This document shows, piece after piece, positions 21,562 through 29,576 of a DNA stretch of 64,000 bases; positions within the stretch are counted from its first letter, which is position 1; every line of letters starts with the position of its first letter. Made by a program: the position numbers and the translations under genes. Below the pieces are notes generated by a model. It worked only from the letters and a program-made list of their open reading frames with translations, had not been told where the DNA came from and made no database searches. This DNA comes from Planctomycetota bacterium (GTDB taxonomy: Bacteria; Planctomycetota; JAJSAM01; JAJVHW01). Location: NCBI GenBank assembly GCA_965248445.1, contig CBDFJG010000003.1, forward strand, positions 1 through 64,000. Direction: 5' to 3'.

Positions 21562-22664
21562 TACCTCGCCTCCGCTTCGTCGATCGCTTGGTCGGTCAGG
21601 TCGCCGCTGTCGACCCAGCCCTCAAGATCGGCGGCGCGTACGCGATACCAAGGCGTGAGGAACTTCTCCCGGATCTCCAGCACCGTGATCCGACCGTCCG
21701 CGGGCACCTCTCGCATCTTCTCGACCGCGGCGACCGTGAGCTTCGGCGCGAACTCGTGCCACCGCTGACAGCCATTGGAGATCTTGTACGTCACTCCGGC
21801 TTTCAGCTCTCGTCCGCTAGCAAGACCCATGTAGCTCATCCGCCTGCGAGCGAGATCGACGTAGAACGTGTCGTCCTCGCCGTGTTCGATGATCTGCCCA
21901 AGCCAGTGGAGCGCCTGCTTCCGATCGTTCTGGTTGAGCCGCGCGTTCCTCCAAAACGACTGACCAATCTGGAACCGGAACGCCTGCAGCGTCCCTGCGT
22001 CGGGATGCGCCTTCTGGAACGCGGCGAACGTCGCGAGGAGGATGGGATCGTACTTCGCGCGCGAGGCGACGCCCCTGTTCGCCAGGCCCTTCGCCCTTCC
22101 ATGTCTGCCGGGCTCCACCCACCCAAGGACCGTCCGCAGCTTCCCGATGAACGCGAGTTCGGCTGCGCGCGTACCGGGGTACTCGGAGATCACCTTGTCG
22201 TACCACGCGATCGCCATGTCCACCTTCGGCAGCCAACTGCTGTCGATTACGAAGACGTCGCTCTTCCGCCGCGACCAGAAGTCAGCGTGGCGGAGGTAGG
22301 ACCGCGCCTCGGCATCGGCCACCAGCTCGCCCGTCGTCTCACCGAGGACGTCGGCAAGCCCCTTCATGTGCTCGCTCGCCTGGGTGCTCTCTGGAGCGTC
22401 CGGGAACTTCGCGACCAACTCGGTCCACGTCTTGATCGCGGCGCTGAGCTTGTTCTCGTCGAACGCGATGGTGCCGAGCATGTACAGCGCGCGCGCCTTC
22501 TCCGTCGCCTTGGCTTCGTCGTCGTACGCGAGATCGATCAGTTCGCGCTTCGCGTCGGCGCGCAGCCCGTGCCGGTCCAGCATCACCGCCTTGTCGAAGT
22601 CCGCGCACAACGCGCTCGCCGCAAGCGTCGCTACCGCGACGACGCTGAGTATGTGTTGCCTCAC
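21561..22664 (-). CDS. Secreted TPR protein with C-terminal SH3-like domain
   Basis: Signal peptide; AI..W..LV.KFPD and YDKVISEYPGT TPR motifs; WYRV..EGWV. Confidence 0.7.
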   Translation of the reverse strand: MRQHILSVVAVATLAASALCADFDKAVMLDRHGLRADAKRELIDLAYDDEAKATEKARALYMLGTIAFDENKLSAAIKTWTELVAKFPDAPESTQASEHMKGLADVLGETTGELVADAEARSYLRHADFWSRRKSDVFVIDSSWLPKVDMAIAWYDKVISEYPGTRAAELAFIGKLRTVLGWVEPGRHGRAKGLANRGVASRAKYDPILLATFAAFQKAHPDAGTLQAFRFQIGQSFWRNARLNQNDRKQALHWLGQIIEHGEDDTFYVDLARRRMSYMGLASGRELKAGVTYKISNGCQRWHEFAPKLTVAAVEKMREVPADGRITVLEIREKFLTPWYRVRAADLEGWVDSGDLTDQAIDEAEAR

Positions 22665-22716
22665 CGTTCTCACCTCCTCCCCGCCCTCGGCCGCGCCGAA
22701 CGCGGTGCTCGTCACG

Positions 22717-23040
22717 TCAGATGCCGGAGAGAACGTCGCGCTTCTTCGCGGCGAACTCCTCGGCTGAGATCAGGCCGTCGTCCAGCATCTCTTTCAGCAC
22801 GCGCATGCGTTCGTGCGGGCTGGACGCCGCCGGACTCGTCGGGGGGGCGGCGGCCTGCGTAATGTAGTGCCCGTTGGCCGCGCGGGTCTCTTCCATCGCC
22901 CTGTTCCGGACGATCTCGCGCCACTCGTGCTCGAACTGCTGGCCGACCCGGTAGACGTCCTGGGCGGCGACCTTCACGAGGTTGTTCAGCGACTGCGCCG
23001 CGGTTGGATTGGCGGTCGCCTGCGTGGCCAGCCCCGTCGT
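22717..23040 (-). pseudogene. SHOCT-domain protein, 5' truncated
   Basis: ERMRVLKEMLDDGLISAEEFAAKKRDVL is a SHOCT pattern; no convincing start codon. Confidence 0.6.
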
Positions 23041-23432
23041 TGCGCAAGCACTTGGGTGAGGAGCTTGCGGCGGCTGGTACGGAGCTGATTGGCCGTGTCG
23101 CGATTGCGTTGGCGGAGCGGGCGTTGGCGGGCGACGTGAAGGCGTGCATGTTCTTCCTGGAGCGGCGCGATCCGGAGGCTTGGGGTCGTGGTCGGTCTCG
23201 TGGCGTGCAGCACGAGGAGCGCCGCTCGGGCGTGCTGGTGGTGCCCCAGGGGACGACGGTGGCGGAGTTCGCTGCGCAGCACCGGGCTTCGGCGGCGCTC
23301 GAGTCGTCTCCTGTGGCGCCGGCGGTGCTGGAGCCGGCGGTCGCGCTTGCGGCCGCGGCCGGCGCGGTGGTCGAGGTGCCGGTCCCCCGCCGGGTGCGGT
23401 CTCGCGAGCTTGAGCTGCTGAGCAGCCCGTGA
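23040..23432 (+). pseudogene. Terminase-small-subunit-like protein, 5' truncated
   Basis: LRKHLGEEL..LAERALAGDVKACMFFLERRDPEAWG resembles TerS-like C-termini; the N-terminal HTH is missing. Confidence 0.5.
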
Positions 23433-23464
23433 GGCCGGCGGCTGAGCCGTTGGTGTGATTCGCC

Positions 23465-24064
23465 GTGCCGCGCACCGCCCGTCGCCCGCGCGTCACGGTG
23501 ATCTCGGACACGATCCAGGAGTTCGACGGCGTCCGGTACTGGCGGTGCGGTGCGTACTTCCAGCGCAAGGGTCGGCGCCTTCACCGCGTCGTGTGGTCGT
23601 TCTACCGGGGCGACATTCCGCTCGGTGCGCACATCCACCACGTGGACGAGGACAAGTCGAACAACCAGTTCTCGAACCTGCGGCTGCTGACACCCACGGC
23701 GCACTTGGCGCATCACGGTCGCAAGCGCGGGTCCGTCGTCTCCGACAAGGCGCGCGCGAGCGCTGCGGAGTGGCACGGGTCGGCCGAGGGCCTGGAGTGG
23801 CACCGTCAGCAGTACGAGAAGCACTGCCGCGACGCGGTCAACCGGCGCACGCCGAAGAAGTGTGAGCACTGCGGCATCGCGTACGAGGGCATCAAGAGAT
23901 CGAAGTACCACGACCTGGCCTGCAAGGCGGCAGCGCGCCGCGCGAGCGGGGTGGACGACGAGGACCGTCTGTGCGCGGTCTGCGGCACGACGTTCACGAT
24001 CAACCGCTACCGCAAGACCCGCACGTGCCGGCCCTGCTGGGCAGGCCGCCGCCGGGCGGGGTAG
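23465..24064 (+). CDS. HNH endonuclease with Zn fingers
   Basis: RLHRVVW..HIHHVDEDKSNNQFSNL..H..HH; CxxC pairs. Confidence 0.88.
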   Translation: MPRTARRPRVTVISDTIQEFDGVRYWRCGAYFQRKGRRLHRVVWSFYRGDIPLGAHIHHVDEDKSNNQFSNLRLLTPTAHLAHHGRKRGSVVSDKARASAAEWHGSAEGLEWHRQQYEKHCRDAVNRRTPKKCEHCGIAYEGIKRSKYHDLACKAAARRASGVDDEDRLCAVCGTTFTINRYRKTRTCRPCWAGRRRAG

Positions 24065-24069
24065 GACGA

Positions 24070-24351
24070 GTGAGTCGCCGCCCCGGCGACCCCGTGGAGC
24101 CGTCCCGTCCCGTCATGGGGCGTGGGGTGCAGACGCGCTTCTCCGAGCCGGCGCAGCAGCGCGTGCGCGTGAGCAGCGGCATGCATCTAACCGACGGCCA
24201 GGTCGCCGAGCTGCTGCTGCTGTTGTCCGAGCACGAGTGGTCCACGTCGGGCCACTGCCACGAGTGCGAAGGGTCGCGTGCCGGCGGCCACGAAGAGAGC
24301 TGTCGGTGGGCGGCCGCGATGCGGCTCCTGGGCGGTAGAGTTCCGGCATGA
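24070..24351 (+). CDS. Hypothetical phage protein
   Basis: EWS..CHEC..GH..SC; overlaps the next gene. Confidence 0.45.
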   Translation: MSRRPGDPVEPSRPVMGRGVQTRFSEPAQQRVRVSSGMHLTDGQVAELLLLLSEHEWSTSGHCHECEGSRAGGHEESCRWAAAMRLLGGRVPA

Positions 24352-24689
24352 ACACGGCCGACCACCGTCAGGGCGTCGCGGACGGCATCGCGCTCGCCGC
24401 GGCCGTGCTGCGCGAGCTGCCGCACGTCTGGGCTGAGGCGTTCCCGACAGGCGTCGGGCAAGGCGGAGAGCAAGACGCCCACACGCGTCTGTTCGTCGGG
24501 ATGCTGCCCTCGTACGCGCAGTGGGCAGGGAAACAGTTGGCGACCGTGGGCAAGGAGTTCCCGGCGCCGACGCGCAGCCCCGAGGCGCTCGATGAGCACA
24601 TGTCCGGAAAGAGGGCCTCGTACGCACTCGACATGGCGATGGTGGCGGCGTCGATCGGCGGACGCCCCCCGGCCGAGAGCGACGACTAG
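24348..24689 (+). CDS. Hypothetical phage protein
   Basis: ATGA overlap; plausible codon usage. Confidence 0.5.
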   Translation: MNTADHRQGVADGIALAAAVLRELPHVWAEAFPTGVGQGGEQDAHTRLFVGMLPSYAQWAGKQLATVGKEFPAPTRSPEALDEHMSGKRASYALDMAMVAASIGGRPPAESDD

Positions 24690-24725
24690 CTCTCCAACGT
24701 ACGGCTGGAGCGCCACGCGCACGGT

Positions 24726-24799
24726 GGGCCGGTAGCTCAGTCGGTCAGAGCAGGGGACTCATAATCCCTCGGTCCCAGGTTCGAGCCCTGGCCGGCCTA
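24726..24799 (+). tRNA. tRNA with CAT anticodon, most likely Ile2 (lysidine type)
   Basis: Complete cloverleaf: GGGCCGG/CCGGCCT acceptor, TAGCTCAG..GG..AGAGC D-arm, GACTCATAATC anticodon arm as in Ile2, GGTTCGA T-loop; CCA not encoded. Confidence 0.88.
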
Positions 24800-24861
24800 C
24801 TCCTCGTGCCCGTGCAGTTCCAGCCCGGCGCGGCGCGACCGACGGCTGCCGCGTAGCCCGC

Positions 24862-25314
24862 TCAGCTGCGGTCCGGGGGTGGCCCCGCCGCTTGCTGCTC
24901 CACGACGTTGACGGTTGCTCGCGAGAAGTTCACCGACGGAAGGAGGAGTGGCGGAAGACCGGATCTCACGAGCGTGGACCAGACAAGCTCTCGAACGTGG
25001 GGCCAAAGGAACGCGGGCGCGTTGGTGCGGGCGAAGACGGCCGGCTCAAGAGGTAGCGGTGGCGTCCACGTGAATCGCATCGACATGCGAGCGCGGAGCG
25101 CGAAGATCGATGGCCCGTCCTCGTCGTCTTCGAGGAACAGTTCGGCCGCGACAACGATGGCGCGTTCAGCCTCATCGACGGAGGCTTCGATCGTGTAGCG
25201 GAGCGGCGGCGTCGGGAGAGGGCGCTGCTCGAGAAGTGCGGGGTCGCCCTCAGTGAACGCGAGCGAGTGCAGAACGACGCCCGTCGGCGTGAACCCGGGC
25301 GATGCTTCGCTCAT
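24862..25314 (-). CDS. SecB-like chaperone
   Basis: FARTNAPAFLWPHVRELVWSTLVRSGLPPLLLPSVNF matches the SecB C-terminal signature; 150 aa. Confidence 0.85.
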   Translation of the reverse strand: MSEASPGFTPTGVVLHSLAFTEGDPALLEQRPLPTPPLRYTIEASVDEAERAIVVAAELFLEDDEDGPSIFALRARMSMRFTWTPPLPLEPAVFARTNAPAFLWPHVRELVWSTLVRSGLPPLLLPSVNFSRATVNVVEQQAAGPPPDRS

Positions 25315-25321
25315 GGCGCGC

Positions 25322-25801
25322 TCAACCCGCCAACACGTGAGTCTTGAACTTGCAGGGCGCGAAGCTCCGGTCGGCCCTGACCGGTCCGAGGATGGCGCGC
25401 CGCGGCGCGCCGAAGCAGACCGCGACCGCCCCAGGAGACAGTGCGATGGTCACCGAGCCGCTGACCAGCCATGTGGACGCATCTGCGTTGAGGTGGCCGA
25501 GGGTGGCGATCGCCGTGTGCTCCGCGAAGATCTCCGGGTAGTACTCAGCCGTTGCCGAGGTCGAGTGCGTGACGATGATCGGCGTCGGGAGATTGAGGGC
25601 GTCACACTCCTCCGCCAACTGCTCCAACACGAAGTCCTCGAACTCTCTCCGTCGCGCGTCCGGGACGAAGAAGACGTCCAGGACCACCAAGTCCTCAAGG
25701 CCCGCCGGACCTCCGAGGTTGTCCCGGACGACGACCGTCGGGAACGCTGCACAGATCAGCTTTTGGTAGGTGCGGGCGTCGCCGCTCAGCTTTGGCATCA
25801 C
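25322..25801 (-). CDS. Putative antitoxin with C-terminal extension
   Basis: Translationally coupled to the HEPN gene (GTGATG overlap), 7 bp before secB-like; ~90-aa alpha/beta core plus hydrophobic tail. Confidence 0.55.
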   Translation of the reverse strand: MMPKLSGDARTYQKLICAAFPTVVVRDNLGGPAGLEDLVVLDVFFVPDARRREFEDFVLEQLAEECDALNLPTPIIVTHSTSATAEYYPEIFAEHTAIATLGHLNADASTWLVSGSVTIALSPGAVAVCFGAPRRAILGPVRADRSFAPCKFKTHVLAG

Positions 25802-26181
25802 AAGGCTCCTAGCCCTTCTAGTAGATCACGCACAGCAGCCGGGTGGTGGTCGAGATCTACGTCCAGGACCGGCTCAGGTCGGTAATCGGCTCTCACGCGG
25901 AGGCCCTTGATGATCTTGCACAGTTGGAGTTCTCTCCGGGTCAGCCCGGCGAGCCGCCTCGCGTTGTTCATCACCGTGTCGTGGTGCCAGCTGTCGTCCG
26001 GCGAGTGCCAGCCGGCGAGTTCCGAAGGGTGTATCCCCTTGGCCTCCAACTCTCCGACAACACCGTGGAACAGCGCGTAGTAGAGGCGGTTCGCGGCGGC
26101 GTCGCGGCACGAGATCACGATGAGGCTCTCGGCAGCCTTGAGGTTCTGCTTGGCTTTCCTGCGGTAGGCGATTGCCGACAA
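25798..26181 (-). CDS. HEPN-domain protein (putative RNase toxin)
   Basis: KAKQNLKAAE..AAANRLYYALFH..H..LRVRADY, typical of HEPN partners of MNT; TTG start inferred. Confidence 0.85.
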   Translation of the reverse strand: MSAIAYRRKAKQNLKAAESLIVISCRDAAANRLYYALFHGVVGELEAKGIHPSELAGWHSPDDSWHHDTVMNNARRLAGLTRRELQLCKIIKGLRVRADYRPEPVLDVDLDHHPAAVRDLLEGLGAL

Positions 26182-26387
26182 GCGCCGCAACCATACGGGG
26201 GCCGCTGAGCGAGGCACGGAGTTTTCCCCGCAGGCCTCCTGGGTAGCGCGCGGCTGGGTCTGGGGCCCCCAGCGCCTCAACAGGAGGCCATCTCCCCCGT
26301 CCGGGGATCCGCGCGCGCCGCCCCGGTGAACACACAAAGCCCCCGGCAGCCTTCCGGCCGGCTGTGCTTCGTATTACAATGTGATAC

Positions 26388-26780
26388 ATGCACCCGCAGG
26401 CCTGCGACACCCGGGCGTTGTCCGAGGACGGCGCTGACATGCGCCTGCTCGGACCAGACGGCGAGCCACTGCTCAAGGACGGCACCGACGAACCGGTCAC
26501 GATCCGGTTGATGGGCAGGGACAGCGCGACCTTCGAGCGCGAACGGCGCCGCATCAAGAAGGGCCGCAAGAGCCTGAAGATCCCTCGCGGCGTCGTGCGG
26601 TTCGGCTCGCGCCAGGAGCGGCGCGACGTGACCCAGATGATCGCCGCCTGCACGATCTCGTGGGACGGCATCGACTACGACGGCCAGTCCCCGTTCCCGT
26701 GCAACCGCGCGAATGCGGCGCGTCTCTACACGGACCTCCCGTGGCTTCGCGACCAGGTCGTGCGGTTCATCTGGTTCTGA
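26388..26780 (+). CDS. Phage tail assembly chaperone
   Basis: VTIRLMGRDS..F, IAACTISWDGI..FPC.RANAARLY...PWLRDQV; directly upstream of the tape measure gene. Confidence 0.75.
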   Translation: MHPQACDTRALSEDGADMRLLGPDGEPLLKDGTDEPVTIRLMGRDSATFERERRRIKKGRKSLKIPRGVVRFGSRQERRDVTQMIAACTISWDGIDYDGQSPFPCNRANAARLYTDLPWLRDQVVRFIWF

Positions 26781-26783
26781 GCC

Positions 26784-29450
26784 ATGCCGGACCTCGCGCA
26801 GCTGAATCTGAAGATCGACAGCAGGTCGGTGCGCAGGTCGGTACGTGATCTTGGTCGGTTCGAGAAGGCGACCGAGCGCGCTGGGCGCGCGGCACGGGGC
26901 TTCCAACGTGCTGCACTCGCGGCAGCTGCAGCGACGGCCGGACTCGGCATCGCTGCGGTGCGGGAGTTCGCGGCGTTCGACCAGACGTCGGCGGGCATCG
27001 AGGCGCTCATCGGGAACGCTGAGGAAGCCGCCACGGTCATCGAGGACATCCGAGAGCTGTCGAGCAGGTCGCTCTTCAACATCAACGACCTCGCCGAGAA
27101 CGTGTCGGTGCTCGCGGCGCTCGGCACGGAAGCGGAAGACCTGATCCCGAAGCTGACGACGCTCGCCGACGCGGCGGCCGCGGTCGGTGGCGCTCAGGCG
27201 AACGAGAACCTGCGCCGGCTGATCCTCAACTTCGCGGAGATCGAGGCGCAGGGCCGCCTCGACAACGAGGACATCCGTCGCCTGACCGAGAACCGACTCA
27301 AGGTCCTCGAAATCCTGTCCGAGGCGTCGGGCGCTCCACGGGGCCAGATCCGGCAACTCGCCGAGGATGGAAGGCTCCTCGCAGAGGACGTCATCCCGGC
27401 GCTGATGACCGGCATGCAGCGGAGATTCGAGGGGTTCATCGACTTCCTCTCGAACACGCTGCTCGGACAGTCCCTGGTCTTCCTCAACAACGTGCGCCTG
27501 TTCGCGATTGACGTCGGCGCGGCGCTCGCCGAGGCGTTCGACCTGAAGGGTCACCTGGGCGATGCGATCGACACGGTGAGGGAGCTGACGGAGCCGTTCG
27601 TCAACATGATCAAGATCCTTGCGGGCGTCGAGGACGAGCAGGCAGAGGCCGACAAGACCGCGCAGAAGTGGGCCTCGACGCTGCGCGTTGTCGCGGGCGT
27701 CGTGGCGGGGCTCATCCTGCTGCAGCTCGGCGCATGGCTGTTCGCTGTCGCGGCCGGCATTCTCGCGATCACGGCCGCGCTTGCGACGAACCCGTTCCTG
27801 CTCATCGCGACGGCGGTGGCCCTAGCAACGGGACTGCTCATCGCCCACTGGAACGAAACGGTCAAGGTGGGCGACACGACCGTTCAGGTCGGCGACATCG
27901 TGCTGGCGACTTGGGACGTCATTCGTGAAGCAGCGGTCACCGCTGTGGATCTCATCAGGCAGGCGTGGCACGAGTTCGGGCCCACCATCCGTGCCGTGAT
28001 GAGGGTCGCGTGGGAGGTAGCGAAGAACCGCTTCAACTCGATGCTCGATGTCGCCGTGACGGTCGTCGGGGCGGTCGTTCGCATTTGGCGGTTTGGCATC
28101 AACAAGGTCATCGCGTTCTACGTGTCGATGTTCGAGAGCGCGCAGGCGATCGGTCGCAAGATCGAACAGGTCTTCAAGGTCGCGTGGAACGTGATCGTGG
28201 TGGCGCTCGGCAAGAACGTGCTTCAGATGATCTCTAGGTTCAAGACGTTGGTATCGGTTGCCAAGACGGTCTCGAAAGCTGTTGCTCAACAGTTCTTTGG
28301 GGTCGCGGCCGTCTTCACGACTCAACTCGCAGACGAGATCGAGAAAGACGAGGAGGTCGGACGCGCGCTGGCGTCGGGCGCCAAGCTCGGCCTCGAAGCC
28401 GAGCTGGCGAAGAAGGGCTTGCTCGCCGAGATCGCGGACATCTGGACCAGCAACTTCGAGGAGGACTTCGTCGGCAAGGCGCTCGGCGCGGTCGAGAACT
28501 TCGCAGACGCGTTGAGGACCACGCTCGTAGGGGCCTACAACGTCATCGTCGACGACCCCCAGTTCAAGGCTTTCCTGGAGGGGTTCGGGCAGAGCGGCGT
28601 CGACCTGCTCGATGAGATTCTGCGCCGCGCCAAGCAGCGTGCAGCGTTGCGCAGGAGCATCGGAGACGATCCGCCCGACCGCCGCACCGGCTCCGACGTC
28701 GAGCAGTCGACGTTCGAGGTCCCCGACGGCGGCATCGGCGAGAAGGCGCTCGCGAACTGGAAGGAGTACCTCGAGGACCTCGAGTTCGAGCAGACGCTGC
28801 TGTTCCTCACGAGCGAGGGACGCGAGCGGTCGATCCGTCTTCGCGAGGGCGAGCAGCTCATCATGAAGGCGTTCGGTAAGGACACACTCGAAGCCGCCGC
28901 GGCGATGGAGCAGCTGCGGATGGAGATCGACCAACTCGGGCAGCTGGAAGAGCTGGCGACGTTCCTGAACGACATCGAGATGGGCGTGCGCGACGCCTTC
29001 TCGGACGGCATCTGGCAGTGGCTGAACGACGAGGACTGGCAGGAAGGGCTGCGCCAGGCCCTCATGTCGATCGCGCAGGACGCCTTCAAGGAGGGCATCC
29101 AGTCCGCGCTCAACGCAGCGATCGGGAACGACGCCAAGGGGAACCAGAACAGCTTCATCGGCGCGCTGGCCCAGGCGCTCGGGGGCGGTGGTGGCGGCGG
29201 CGGTGGCGGCGGTGGCGGCGTGGCAGCGGACGGGAGCCCGGTTGGTTCGACCGGCATCTCGCATACCGGCGGTACGGCCGTCTCGAAGAGCGGCGCCGGC
29301 GACACGTACGTGTTCCTGGTGCCCGACGAAGGGACCGGCGACATGCTCGCCGCGCAGGTGTCGTCGGGCGGCGCACGGGCGATCGTGCAGAAGGGCTCGG
29401 GCGCACCGGGCATCGCCACTGGATCGGTGCGCTCCGGAAGGCGCAGCTGA
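26784..29450 (+). CDS. Phage tail tape measure protein
   Basis: 888 aa, helical, Ala-rich; N-terminal tape-measure domain (LIPKLTTLADAAAAVG, EIEAQGRL..EDIRRL), TM segment, periodic Trp. Confidence 0.88.
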   Translation: MPDLAQLNLKIDSRSVRRSVRDLGRFEKATERAGRAARGFQRAALAAAAATAGLGIAAVREFAAFDQTSAGIEALIGNAEEAATVIEDIRELSSRSLFNINDLAENVSVLAALGTEAEDLIPKLTTLADAAAAVGGAQANENLRRLILNFAEIEAQGRLDNEDIRRLTENRLKVLEILSEASGAPRGQIRQLAEDGRLLAEDVIPALMTGMQRRFEGFIDFLSNTLLGQSLVFLNNVRLFAIDVGAALAEAFDLKGHLGDAIDTVRELTEPFVNMIKILAGVEDEQAEADKTAQKWASTLRVVAGVVAGLILLQLGAWLFAVAAGILAITAALATNPFLLIATAVALATGLLIAHWNETVKVGDTTVQVGDIVLATWDVIREAAVTAVDLIRQAWHEFGPTIRAVMRVAWEVAKNRFNSMLDVAVTVVGAVVRIWRFGINKVIAFYVSMFESAQAIGRKIEQVFKVAWNVIVVALGKNVLQMISRFKTLVSVAKTVSKAVAQQFFGVAAVFTTQLADEIEKDEEVGRALASGAKLGLEAELAKKGLLAEIADIWTSNFEEDFVGKALGAVENFADALRTTLVGAYNVIVDDPQFKAFLEGFGQSGVDLLDEILRRAKQRAALRRSIGDDPPDRRTGSDVEQSTFEVPDGGIGEKALANWKEYLEDLEFEQTLLFLTSEGRERSIRLREGEQLIMKAFGKDTLEAAAAMEQLRMEIDQLGQLEELATFLNDIEMGVRDAFSDGIWQWLNDEDWQEGLRQALMSIAQDAFKEGIQSALNAAIGNDAKGNQNSFIGALAQALGGGGGGGGGGGGGVAADGSPVGSTGISHTGGTAVSKSGAGDTYVFLVPDEGTGDMLAAQVSSGGARAIVQKGSGAPGIATGSVRSGRRS

Positions 29451-29576
29451 CGCACGCTCACCGAGGAGAGAGCCGCCTGCTGCGCACGTGGCACGTCCGG
29501 ATCGCCACCACGGCGCTGGTCGCGCGCGCCGTCGGGTTCGCGTTCATGTGGACGATGGGCTAGCGATCACGGCGCT

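Noticed and set aside
24862..25314. Housekeeping secB
   Set aside because: Divergent N-terminus, located in a mobile element and linked to a toxin-like gene.
29181..29219. GGC/GGT trinucleotide tract (and the GACGACGAT tract at 18619-18651)
   Set aside because: In-frame poly-Gly and poly-Asp linkers; they cannot cause phase variation.
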